A stretch of 13,495 nt of DNA, from IMG/VR virus record IMGVR_UViG_3300002835_000064, one strand, 5' to 3'. The stretch's first letter is position 1; every line of letters begins with the position of its first letter. This stretch comes from a virus. Lineage: Duplodnaviria; Heunggongvirae; Uroviricota; Caudoviricetes. Positions 1 to 7,514 of this stretch are shown piece by piece. Both the position numbers and the translations under genes were made by a program. The notes under the pieces were generated by a model. It was not told the DNA's origin. It made no database searches and worked only from the letters and a program-made list of their open reading frames with translations.

Positions 1-1574
1 GCAACTAAAGTTCCAATACCGCCATTAATTTCAGCTAATGATCCAGCAACTGTATTACCGGTTGCATTATCGCCAGCTATAGATAAAGTTGAACCACCAG
101 CTCCACCACCACCGGCAGCAACAACTAAAACTTCATTTCCATTAGCTCTTACTATAGCTGATGATCCGCCACCAAAACCAGAAGCACCAGAATCAACTTG
201 TTTCATACCAGGCAATCCGGCAGATCCACCATGATTAAAACCACTACCTGATTCTCTAAATTCTAACGCAATACCGGCTTCACCACCATTACCATTAGAT
301 CCAACTAATCTAATATCGTGATATCCAGCAGTTAATTTAATATATTTGGCATAAGTATAACTCCAAACACCAATATTATTACCACTATCAAATCCGGGCA
401 TATCTAGCACTTGAACATTATCAACGTAAATAGTATATGAATAATTTCCACATGCATAAATTATATAATCTGATGTTCGTGGAAAATAAACACTATATGT
501 TTTATCTGTTGTTGTTGCGCCGCCCGTAGCGACAGACCAAACCGCATTTGAGAATAAAAATGCATCTGAATCGCTTTCGATATTAGCTGGAACTAAACCA
601 CCATTATTAGATTTATCAGGACCTAACCATGTATTTTTATTAGCTATACACGGTAATAATGATGATAATGGGGTTGAATCGATCATTTTATCGTTTCTAA
701 CACTAGGTAAATATCTAGCTCCGCCCGAACCACCACAGCCGACGTAAATATATAAAACTTCACCAGGAACGACGGCTAATGAAGTTAAATCAATTTTATC
801 ACCGGATTGACCAACACCGCCAACTTCATTTGCTGCTTTACCGACGGCATTATTACCACCTTGCCAGCCACCGCCACCGCCACCACCACCAATAACAGTT
901 ACATCTATTTGACTAACTCCATTTGGAACTACGTATTTGTGATAATCGCCCGATATAGGAGGTGTATAATAAGTTATTTCTCTTGGGCTGCCTATATAAA
1001 CTGTAGAAACAGCAGAAACAGTTTCATTATTACCTAAACTATCTTCATATGTTGCTATTACTTTATAAGAACCTTCAGCTTCTGGCATAATAGACGCTGG
1101 GTTACTACCAGGTGCTTGATTTATTAAAACGTCATTTAAATACCATTTATAATTCGGCGCTGAAATATAAGGAATATTTAAATCGGCGATAACAGCAGTT
1201 AAAGCTACATTCGGTGAAAATGATCCATTAGCTGAATTAATAGTAACAGTACCCGGATCATTTGATGTTCCGATTGGGGTCCCCCCACCACCTGAGATAG
1301 CGCCCGTATTAATTAATAACCATTTATCATCATCAGTAAATATTTTTAATTGTTTTTCAGCATCATCAAACCAAATCATACCAGGGACTGGATTTGCAAT
1401 AGAAGTTACACTACTGAAATTTTCTAATATGGAATATAAATTTGTTTGTATTCCGGCTCCGTAATCAACTGAATCACTTTTACCGTATAATAGTATTGGT
1501 AAATCGGAGGTTGAAACTGCATTCTGATTTACTGTAATAGTATTTGTTTTATCTTTTTTGAATGTATAAGCCAT
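1..1574 (-). CDS. Gly-rich tail fibre/adhesin-like virion protein, paralog of 1734..3566; partial (3' end beyond left edge), ~524 codons visible
   Basis: Manual translation from ATG at 1574-1572 is open to position 1: MAYTFKKDKTNTITVNQNAVSTSDLPILLYGKSDSVDYGAGIQTNLYSILENFSS..PVPGMIWFD..YVVPNGVSQIDVTVIGGGGGGGG..LYIYVGCGGSGG..EVLVVAAGGGG. The motif order is the same as in the 610-aa plus-strand protein. It is absent from the ORF track, presumably because no stop lies inside the window. Confidence 0.88.
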   Translation of the reverse strand, partial: MAYTFKKDKTNTITVNQNAVSTSDLPILLYGKSDSVDYGAGIQTNLYSILENFSSVTSIANPVPGMIWFDDAEKQLKIFTDDDKWLLINTGAISGGGGTPIGTSNDPGTVTINSANGSFSPNVALTAVIADLNIPYISAPNYKWYLNDVLINQAPGSNPASIMPEAEGSYKVIATYEDSLGNNETVSAVSTVYIGSPREITYYTPPISGDYHKYVVPNGVSQIDVTVIGGGGGGGGWQGGNNAVGKAANEVGGVGQSGDKIDLTSLAVVPGEVLYIYVGCGGSGGARYLPSVRNDKMIDSTPLSSLLPCIANKNTWLGPDKSNNGGLVPANIESDSDAFLFSNAVWSVATGGATTTDKTYSVYFPRTSDYIIYACGNYSYTIYVDNVQVLDMPGFDSGNNIGVWSYTYAKYIKLTAGYHDIRLVGSNGNGGEAGIALEFRESGSGFNHGGSAGLPGMKQVDSGASGFGGGSSAIVRANGNEVLVVAAGGGGAGGSTLSIAGDNATGNTVAGSLAEINGGIGTLV

Positions 1575-1642
1575 TATTTGCTATCCACAGTTTGAATTTT
1601 CCAATTAAACCGGGATTCTAATACCGGTTAGTTCACTTGATA

Positions 1643-1653
1643 TATTTATCGTC
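1643..1653 (-). promoter_or_regulatory. Putative T4-like late promoter (GATAAATA) for the leftward fibre gene
   Basis: Minus strand reads GATAAATA at 1650-1643, about 70 nt upstream of ATG 1574. The 11-mer ACGATAAATAT (1652-1642) recurs exactly at 11025-11015 upstream of another minus-strand gene. It resembles the T4 gp55 late promoter TATAAATA. Confidence 0.6.
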
Positions 1654-1662
1654 AAAATAACG

Positions 1663-1670
1663 AATAAATA
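1663..1670 (+). promoter_or_regulatory. Putative T4-like late promoter (AATAAATA) for the 1734..5992 operon
   Basis: AATAAATA at 1663-1670, in the context ACGAATAAATA, lies back-to-back with the minus-strand element and ~64 nt upstream of ATG 1734. The motif is AT-rich, so a chance match is possible. Confidence 0.5.
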
Positions 1671-1733
1671 AACGATATTCGAATCTTTATTCATAATAGC
1701 TCATTTTTTAAAATACCCGAAGGTAACCCATAT

Positions 1734-3566
1734 ATGGCTTCTAATACATACACAATACAAAACACTAAGCAAGATGTTGCTTATAATGTACCCGAAAATA
1801 AAACTAATACGGAAACTGATTTAACATTTATTGGTTATGGTTATACGAATTATGGTCAGCCATTACAACAAAATTTAATTGATTTATTAACTAATTTTTA
1901 TACCCAAACCGATCCTAAAACGAAAGCGGTTCCTGGTCAATTAATATATGAAGGTGGTAGTACATTAACATTATGTACAAAAAGAAATGGGCTAGGTGTT
2001 TTAGAATTTAAAGAAATTCCATTAGTTGCTGCAAATAGACCGGCAACTGGATCACCAATTATTCAAGGAACTCCGAAAATTGGTTTAACGGTAACTGTAG
2101 ATACAACTCCTATCCAAGATCAAGACGGATTAGGAACATTTTCATATCAATGGTATTCTGGTGGTGCAATTATAAATGGAGAAACATCGAATTCATTAAT
2201 TTTAAATCCGGTTACTTTTAGTGCTGGTGATATGATTAGTGTCCAAGTTAGTTTTTATGATGGCGGGAATACCTACGAACATATTTTAAGTAATTCAGTA
2301 GCGGTAATAGCTGCAGATCCAGTAGTTGCTGGAGTTCCGGTTACTCCACTTCCAGTTAAGTATTCTGCACCGCCGACAACAGATGTAGATTATTATGAAT
2401 ATACTGTTCCTGCCGGTATATCGAAAATAAATGTTGAAATTATTGGTGGTGGTGGCGGTGGTGGTGGAGCCGATCGTAAAATTGGTGGTAACGGCGGAGA
2501 TGGTGCTAAAATCAATACGACCTTATTAGTCGGTAATGGTGATATTAATTCGGGTGATGTATTACGTATTTACGTTGGTTGTGGTGGAGCTGGTGGTGAG
2601 ACCGGTATAACTAATAAATACGGACGGGATAGATTACCATTATATGGTGCCGCCGGTAAATTACCATCATTAGTCAATTTAACGACGTTATTGGCGGCTA
2701 CTTTAGTTTCGGGCCCACCTATGGTAAAATATACGTATATGACAAAGCGCGGATTATTTTTACAAAATTATAGTTTTTGGGATGTAAATAAATCAGCTCC
2801 GCCGAATGGAACGACTAGAACTTGGGAATGGGATTTTACGGCCCCCCGACTTGGTAATTATGTAGCAACACTTGCCGGTGATGATTATTGTTATCTATAC
2901 ATAGATGGACTTTTACTTATCGCTAATGAAGCAGCTTTAAATGTATCAGCCCAAGTTAATTTAACGAAAGGAACTCATAGATTAAAAGTAGTCGGTAAAA
3001 ATGTTGGTGGTGGTGCAGCCTGCGTCGCGGTTGATATTAGTGAATTCAGTACTGGTTTTGCGTATGGTGGGACTGGCGGTCAAAGTGCCGCATCTGGCGT
3101 TGGTAATGCCGGAGCTGGGGGTGGCGCTTCTGCTATAGTAAAAACAACGGGAGCTGAAGTTTTAGTTGTTGCTGCTGGTGGTGGCGGTGGCGGCGGTGGT
3201 GATTATAATGGAGTTGGCGGTAATGCAACTAATTTAACGACAGCTGGAAGTTATGCGATCGACCCATCGGGTATTGTTAATATTAATCGTGCCGGCGGTG
3301 GGGGCGGTGGCGGTGGTTATGATTTAGTTTCCGGTACTAATTCAGGAAATGGTAAAGGTGGTGCCGCTAGTGGTCGTAATGTTGCTGGTCGTGGCGATAT
3401 GCCTGGCGGAATCGGGGGTAATTCAGGTAAATCATTTGTTAAATTATCTGCGGTTGAAGGTGGATCATTTACTAATATATTAGCTAGTAATAAAGGTTTA
3501 GCATCAACTGATTTAGTTCCTGGTGATGGTGGTTGTGGTTCAGTTCTTCTTACTCCGGTGGTCTAA
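1734..3566 (+). CDS. Gly-rich tail fibre/adhesin-like virion protein (N-terminal phage fibre domain, Ig-like domain, Gly-rich domain with PA14-like insert), 610 aa
   Basis: N-terminal LTFIGYGYTNYGQPLQQNLIDLLTNF..PGQL motif is typical of large-phage structural proteins. GTPKIGLTVTVDT..QDQDGLGTFSYQW is an Ig-like repeat. YTVPAGISKINVEIIGGGGGGGG opens the Gly-rich domain. APRLGNYVATLAGDDYCYLYIDG..LTKGTHRLKV is PA14-like. AAGGT SD-like sequence lies upstream. Confidence 0.85.
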   Translation: MASNTYTIQNTKQDVAYNVPENKTNTETDLTFIGYGYTNYGQPLQQNLIDLLTNFYTQTDPKTKAVPGQLIYEGGSTLTLCTKRNGLGVLEFKEIPLVAANRPATGSPIIQGTPKIGLTVTVDTTPIQDQDGLGTFSYQWYSGGAIINGETSNSLILNPVTFSAGDMISVQVSFYDGGNTYEHILSNSVAVIAADPVVAGVPVTPLPVKYSAPPTTDVDYYEYTVPAGISKINVEIIGGGGGGGGADRKIGGNGGDGAKINTTLLVGNGDINSGDVLRIYVGCGGAGGETGITNKYGRDRLPLYGAAGKLPSLVNLTTLLAATLVSGPPMVKYTYMTKRGLFLQNYSFWDVNKSAPPNGTTRTWEWDFTAPRLGNYVATLAGDDYCYLYIDGLLLIANEAALNVSAQVNLTKGTHRLKVVGKNVGGGAACVAVDISEFSTGFAYGGTGGQSAASGVGNAGAGGGASAIVKTTGAEVLVVAAGGGGGGGGDYNGVGGNATNLTTAGSYAIDPSGIVNINRAGGGGGGGGYDLVSGTNSGNGKGGAASGRNVAGRGDMPGGIGGNSGKSFVKLSAVEGGSFTNILASNKGLASTDLVPGDGGCGSVLLTPVV

Positions 3567-4135
3567 TGAAATTACTCGAAATAGTAGGTCCGAATATTGA
3601 TATACCTAAAATTAAACAACTTTGTGCTCCTTATATCGAAGTTTTAAAACAAATAGATGGTGTCCCGCTATTTCGAGGTTATAATAAATCATTTAAACAA
3701 ATACAAGGTTTTAACGTTGTCGTTCCTAGACCAAATAGAACACCAACTGATACTCCTTTATTTTTACATAATGCATTAAATCAACAGTTTATTAAACACT
3801 TTAACTATCCATTCCGCAATGGTGTTTTTGCTTGCGGTAGTTACGACGATGCTCATTATTACGGAACCGTTTACGCTGTATTTCCAGTTGGAAAATTAAA
3901 TTATGTCTGGAGCCCGGAAATCATTGATTTATTTAAATATTTAGATCGATCTTATCATTTTGATACGATTGAAAATGATCAAGTTGCTATTGAACAAGCA
4001 GCAGAAGAAGTTATCGGTAAGTATATTGATAATGACTTAGATAAAGCAATTCGAATGGGCCATGAAGTAATGTTAGCTAATAAATGTATTATGATTAAAG
4101 ATTATGGGTTATATAAGGATGATATTTTATCATGA
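3566..4135 (+). CDS. Hypothetical protein, putative ADP-ribosyltransferase-like fold, paralog 1 of 3 (189 aa)
   Basis: Start reassigned from 3533 to ATG 3566, which overlaps the upstream TAA (TAATG) and gives MKLLEI, matching the paralogs' N-termini. Motifs: PLFRG, PFRNGVFACG, AHYYG, VFPVGKLNYVWS, HEVMLAN. CDS is secure; the ART call is inference. Confidence 0.75.
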   Translation: MKLLEIVGPNIDIPKIKQLCAPYIEVLKQIDGVPLFRGYNKSFKQIQGFNVVVPRPNRTPTDTPLFLHNALNQQFIKHFNYPFRNGVFACGSYDDAHYYGTVYAVFPVGKLNYVWSPEIIDLFKYLDRSYHFDTIENDQVAIEQAAEEVIGKYIDNDLDKAIRMGHEVMLANKCIMIKDYGLYKDDILS

Positions 4136-4731
4136 GATTATATGAAATATTAAATAGTGATGATTATTCGCATATTAGATCAATCCTTAAACAAGATTGT
4201 GCTCCTTATATTGAAGTTTTAAAACAAACTCGAGGTCATCCGTTATTTAGAGGTAGTGATAGTGGTAGACCACCTAAAGGCGAATTAACGAAAATTAGTC
4301 CTAAATTAGAACGGAAACCTAAAGATACGCCGATAGATATTCATAACTTTATGAATAAACGATTCATTACGAAATTTGGATATCCGTTCCGCAATGGTAT
4401 ATTCGCATCGGGTGAACAACGAACCGCCGCTCATTACGGTTTGGTTAATATTTTATTTCCTATTGGTAAATTAAATTACATCTGGAGTGGTCAAGTTGAT
4501 GATTTAGTTTATGTAATCGATCGAATTTATACTAAAGATGAGTTTGATGACGAGGATACAGTAAATCAAAATCCACAATTAGCTCAAGAATTTGAGAATT
4601 TAATCGATACTTATAAATCAGTTGATTTAGATCGATGTATTCTATCGAATCATGAAGTTATATTTGCAAATGATTGTTATCTGGTTTCATTATCTGATTA
4701 TGAATATATTATAAAAGGATTGTTAACATGA
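4132..4731 (+). CDS. Hypothetical protein, putative ADP-ribosyltransferase-like fold, paralog 2 of 3 (199 aa)
   Basis: ATGA overlap with the previous gene. Motifs: MRLYEIL, PLFRG, RKPKDTP, PFRNGIFASG, AAHYG, LFPIGKLNYIWS, HEVIFANDCYL. Confidence 0.78.
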   Translation: MRLYEILNSDDYSHIRSILKQDCAPYIEVLKQTRGHPLFRGSDSGRPPKGELTKISPKLERKPKDTPIDIHNFMNKRFITKFGYPFRNGIFASGEQRTAAHYGLVNILFPIGKLNYIWSGQVDDLVYVIDRIYTKDEFDDEDTVNQNPQLAQEFENLIDTYKSVDLDRCILSNHEVIFANDCYLVSLSDYEYIIKGLLT

Positions 4732-5288
4732 GATTAGTCGAATTATTAACCGATGATTCAAACCCAGCATCGTTAATTAAACGAGATTGTGGGCCATTTC
4801 TTAAAGCGTTTATAAATCTTAATGGAACTCCGATTTATAGAGGCGTTAACCAAGAGTTAACTAAAGAAATCGTTAAAATATCACCAAGAACTAATAATAG
4901 ACGACCATCAGATACGATTATACAAATTCATCAATATTTAAATGATAAATTTATGGAGAAATTTGGATTTCCGTTTCGTAATGGTATTTTTGTCTGTGGT
5001 AATAAACTCGCAACTGAAGTTTATGGTACTCCGGTTGTTGTTTTTCCTATCGGAGATTTAAAATTTGCTTGGTCGAAAGAATGGTTTGATTTATTTGAAT
5101 TATTAGTTGATCATCATGATATGAATAATGCTGATACTAAGCGTATAATAGATGATGCGTTTGATACATATAGAACTGATAAAATACAAATTGCTATACG
5201 TTCCGGCCATGAAATAATGTTCGCAAATGATTGTTACTTAATTAGCGAAAAAACTTATAATCGAATTAAAACCGAGCTGCAATCATGA
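4728..5288 (+). CDS. Hypothetical protein, putative ADP-ribosyltransferase-like fold, paralog 3 of 3 (186 aa)
   Basis: ATGA overlap. Motifs: MRLVELL, PIYRG, RRPSDT, PFRNGIFVCG, EVYG, VFPIGDLKFAWS, HEIMFANDCYL. Confidence 0.78.
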   Translation: MRLVELLTDDSNPASLIKRDCGPFLKAFINLNGTPIYRGVNQELTKEIVKISPRTNNRRPSDTIIQIHQYLNDKFMEKFGFPFRNGIFVCGNKLATEVYGTPVVVFPIGDLKFAWSKEWFDLFELLVDHHDMNNADTKRIIDDAFDTYRTDKIQIAIRSGHEIMFANDCYLISEKTYNRIKTELQS

Positions 5289-5992
5289 GATTAGTTGAAT
5301 TATTAAATGAAGGTATTAATGATAAAGGTATTTTTAAAGCTTTATTTCTAGGTGGGATTCCAGCTAGCGGTAAAAGTACGATCGTTAATCAAATTAGACG
5401 AGTTACCGGCGTAATGCCTAAAGTTCTTAACTACGATCAATTTTATGAATATCTTAGTAAAAAACATGATATACCAATATCAACTAAAGAACAAATAGAT
5501 CAACCGGAAGCTAAAGGTATTAGAAGAAGAGCAAAGCATTTAACCACCGCTCAATTAAAATTATATTTAGCTGGTATGTTACCAATTATCGTAGATACTA
5601 CAGCATCAGATGTCGCTCAATTAGTCGAACGCATGTCAGTAATGAGAGAACACGGTTATGACTTAATGATGATCTATAAAAAAATAGATTTAGAACAATC
5701 ATTAGAAAGAGCTAAAACCCGAGATCGATATGTAAGTGATGACCATATCCGCAAAATGCATCATCATGAGGATTACCGCCTTTATGAAATTGGTAAGTAT
5801 ATGAGAATTAAAAAACATCAATTTATTTTATTAAAATCAGATAGTGCACTGGACGATCATTTATCTAGAATTGATAATTTTTTTAATAGTCCGGTGCAGA
5901 ATCCAATCGGTAAACAATTGATGAATGATTTATTAGATAGTGGCGAAAAAACAATTCAACCATTACCTAATAAAGTTGATAAATGGTATTAA
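5285..5992 (+). CDS. P-loop kinase (zeta-toxin-like / AAA_33 nucleotide-kinase group), 235 aa
   Basis: Walker A GGIPASGKST, then VLNYD, IIVDTT and a lid-like LERAKTRDR. ATGA overlap with the previous gene. N-terminus MRLVELLNE. Confidence 0.82.
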   Translation: MRLVELLNEGINDKGIFKALFLGGIPASGKSTIVNQIRRVTGVMPKVLNYDQFYEYLSKKHDIPISTKEQIDQPEAKGIRRRAKHLTTAQLKLYLAGMLPIIVDTTASDVAQLVERMSVMREHGYDLMMIYKKIDLEQSLERAKTRDRYVSDDHIRKMHHHEDYRLYEIGKYMRIKKHQFILLKSDSALDDHLSRIDNFFNSPVQNPIGKQLMNDLLDSGEKTIQPLPNKVDKWY

Positions 5993-6246
5993 TGTAATTT
6001 ACCAAATTGGTATTCAAATGATTGTTCACCATATACTACTATTTGCGTTACTTCTTTAGTTGTCGGCCATACTGCAACGTATGCTCCATGCTCAGCATGA
6101 TCTCCATCCACAATCAACAATGCATTATCAGCATCATATTCTAAAAAATTTTGTAATTTATAATTTGATGCTAATTTATGTATTTCTATAAAATTGGATC
6201 CGTCCCATTTAACTGCATCCACTGAATGTCTAAACGAATATCGCAT
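5989..6246 (-). CDS. Small phage hypothetical protein (~85 aa)
   Basis: GGAG SD at 6258-6255 sits 8 nt from ATG 6246, better than the track's TTG at 6252. It has its own promoter. AVKWDGSN..EI resembles the widespread phage 'EAVQWTGDN' family (weak). Its stop overlaps the kinase stop in a shared TTAA. Confidence 0.7.
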   Translation of the reverse strand: MRYSFRHSVDAVKWDGSNFIEIHKLASNYKLQNFLEYDADNALLIVDGDHAEHGAYVAVWPTTKEVTQIVVYGEQSFEYQFGKLH

Positions 6247-6280
6247 ATACAAAACTCCATTTTAAAAAAGTATATTATAT

Positions 6281-6309
6281 AGTATAATATATTTAACGCA
6301 TCAGATCAA
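6281..6309 (-). promoter_or_regulatory. Sigma70-type promoter TTGATC-17-TATACT for the 85-aa gene
   Basis: -35 at 6309-6304, -10 at 6286-6281, 17-nt spacer counted. Confidence 0.6.
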
Positions 6310-6332
6310 TTGCGGACATTTTTAATTATATG

Positions 6333-6361
6333 TTGATTTATATCTATTAAAGTATTATAAT
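6333..6361 (+). promoter_or_regulatory. Sigma70-type (early) promoter TTGATT-17-TATAAT for HD-Pnk
   Basis: -35 at 6333-6338, -10 at 6356-6361, 17-nt spacer. GAGGAG SD at 6374-6379 downstream. Confidence 0.78.
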
Positions 6362-6386
6362 ATGACTTTATTTGAGGAGTCGTATA

Positions 6387-7514
6387 ATGAATATGCACGA
6401 AAAAGTTTTATGGTTACAAACTGAATTTCCTGAACTATGGCAAGCAATGGATGACGCTAATCATAACTTTAGTATCCATGACCTGAACCCATATCATTTA
6501 GAAGGTAGAGTTAGTACGCATACATTAATGGTTGCGAAAATAGCTGAAATTTACAATGAAAATGAAATTATTCAATGGGCTGCATTATTACACGACTTAG
6601 GTAAACCATTAGCTAGAATAGAAATTCCTGAAAAACGTAGAGCTCGATTCGTTAATCATGAAGGTATCAGTATGTTCTTAGCTATTGATATCTTAAATAA
6701 AACTGATCTATCAACTGATGATAAAATTCAAGTCTTAAAAGTAATTGCTGGTCATAGTTTATTATTTGACTTATTAATTATTAAAGATGAAAATACGATA
6801 GATATTAATGATGATGTTTATAAATTATTTAAAGGTCAGAAAACATTTTTAGATTTAGTTAGTAGAATTACTCGATGTGATACATTAGGTCGCTTTGCTA
6901 AAGGAGCTGATGCTCGAACTCATTTAGGTGATTCTATTGTTCCAGCTATTCAAAATATTTTACCTAAATTTATTGATCAAGATAGTTTAGATTATAACGA
7001 AAAAGATAAAGCTTTAATTTTATTATGTGGATTACCTGGTAGTGGTAAATCATCATACGTTAATTTATTAAACGATGATTACTTTATTATTTCTCGCGAT
7101 TCGATTTTAGAAGCAATGGCAACTAAAATGGGTATTACCTATAATGATGTATTTGCGTTACATTTAGTTGATCATAAAATTAAAGAAGAAATTGACATCA
7201 ATCTAAATATGATGATAAATGATTCTAAAAAAAGTGGTAAACATATTGTTATTGATATGACTAACTTAAGTAAAAAAGCAAGACGTCGATGGACTAATCG
7301 ATATGATAAAAGTTATAAAAAAGAATGTATTGTTTTTTTAACTGGTCAAGCAGATTTGATTGATCGGGATAATAATAGAAGTAAAACCGGAAAAACTATT
7401 GGAGCCGATGTTTACTTAAGCATGATGAAATCATTTTCATTACCGATGTTTAGTGATGGATTTGATAACATCGATTATATTTTACATGAAGGAACTTATA
7501 ATAAAAATGGATAA
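6387..7514 (+). CDS. HD-Pnk: N-terminal HD phosphoesterase fused to a C-terminal 5'-OH polynucleotide kinase (375 aa)
   Basis: Start ATG 6387, 7 nt after GAGGAG. HD domain motifs: NPYHLEGRVSTHTLMV, AALLHDLGKP, FVNHE, CDTLGR. Kinase motifs: GLPGSGKSS, ISRD, VIDMTN, RDNNR. The architecture matches characterised bacterial HD-Pnk end-healing enzymes. Confidence 0.87.
   Translation: MNMHEKVLWLQTEFPELWQAMDDANHNFSIHDLNPYHLEGRVSTHTLMVAKIAEIYNENEIIQWAALLHDLGKPLARIEIPEKRRARFVNHEGISMFLAIDILNKTDLSTDDKIQVLKVIAGHSLLFDLLIIKDENTIDINDDVYKLFKGQKTFLDLVSRITRCDTLGRFAKGADARTHLGDSIVPAIQNILPKFIDQDSLDYNEKDKALILLCGLPGSGKSSYVNLLNDDYFIISRDSILEAMATKMGITYNDVFALHLVDHKIKEEIDINLNMMINDSKKSGKHIVIDMTNLSKKARRRWTNRYDKSYKKECIVFLTGQADLIDRDNNRSKTGKTIGADVYLSMMKSFSLPMFSDGFDNIDYILHEGTYNKNG

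Noticed and set aside
807-1037. 76-aa plus-strand ORF in the track
   Set aside because: It lies wholly antisense to the long fibre gene. Its TATATATTT run is the mirror of Gly codons, and it has no SD or promoter.
2440-3320. (GGT/GGC)n runs as tandem repeats, a CRISPR-like array or collagen
   Set aside because: They are poly-Gly codons within a CDS. There are no regular spacers and no Gly-X-Y periodicity.
3533-3565. Track start for the first ART-like gene (MWFSSSYSGGL extension)
   Set aside because: It overlaps the fibre gene by 34 nt. ATG 3566 gives a coupled TAATG junction and the family's MKLLEI start.
1-3566. Diversity-generating retroelement or invertase-driven shufflon acting on the fibres
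   Set aside because: No reverse transcriptase, adenine-specific template/variable repeat pair or recombinase gene is visible in the window. Only short homology tracts are reported.
5285-5992. Epsilon-zeta toxin-antitoxin pair
   Set aside because: The upstream gene is a member of the ART-like triplet, not a small helical antitoxin. Only the general kinase fold is supported.
6372-6386. TTG start of HD-Pnk at 6372
   Set aside because: It overlaps the GAGGAG SD, which is correctly spaced for ATG 6387.
7453-7506. Longer start of the small ORF after HD-Pnk
   Set aside because: It would overlap HD-Pnk by 62 nt. ATG 7507 is more parsimonious, though 7486 cannot be fully excluded.
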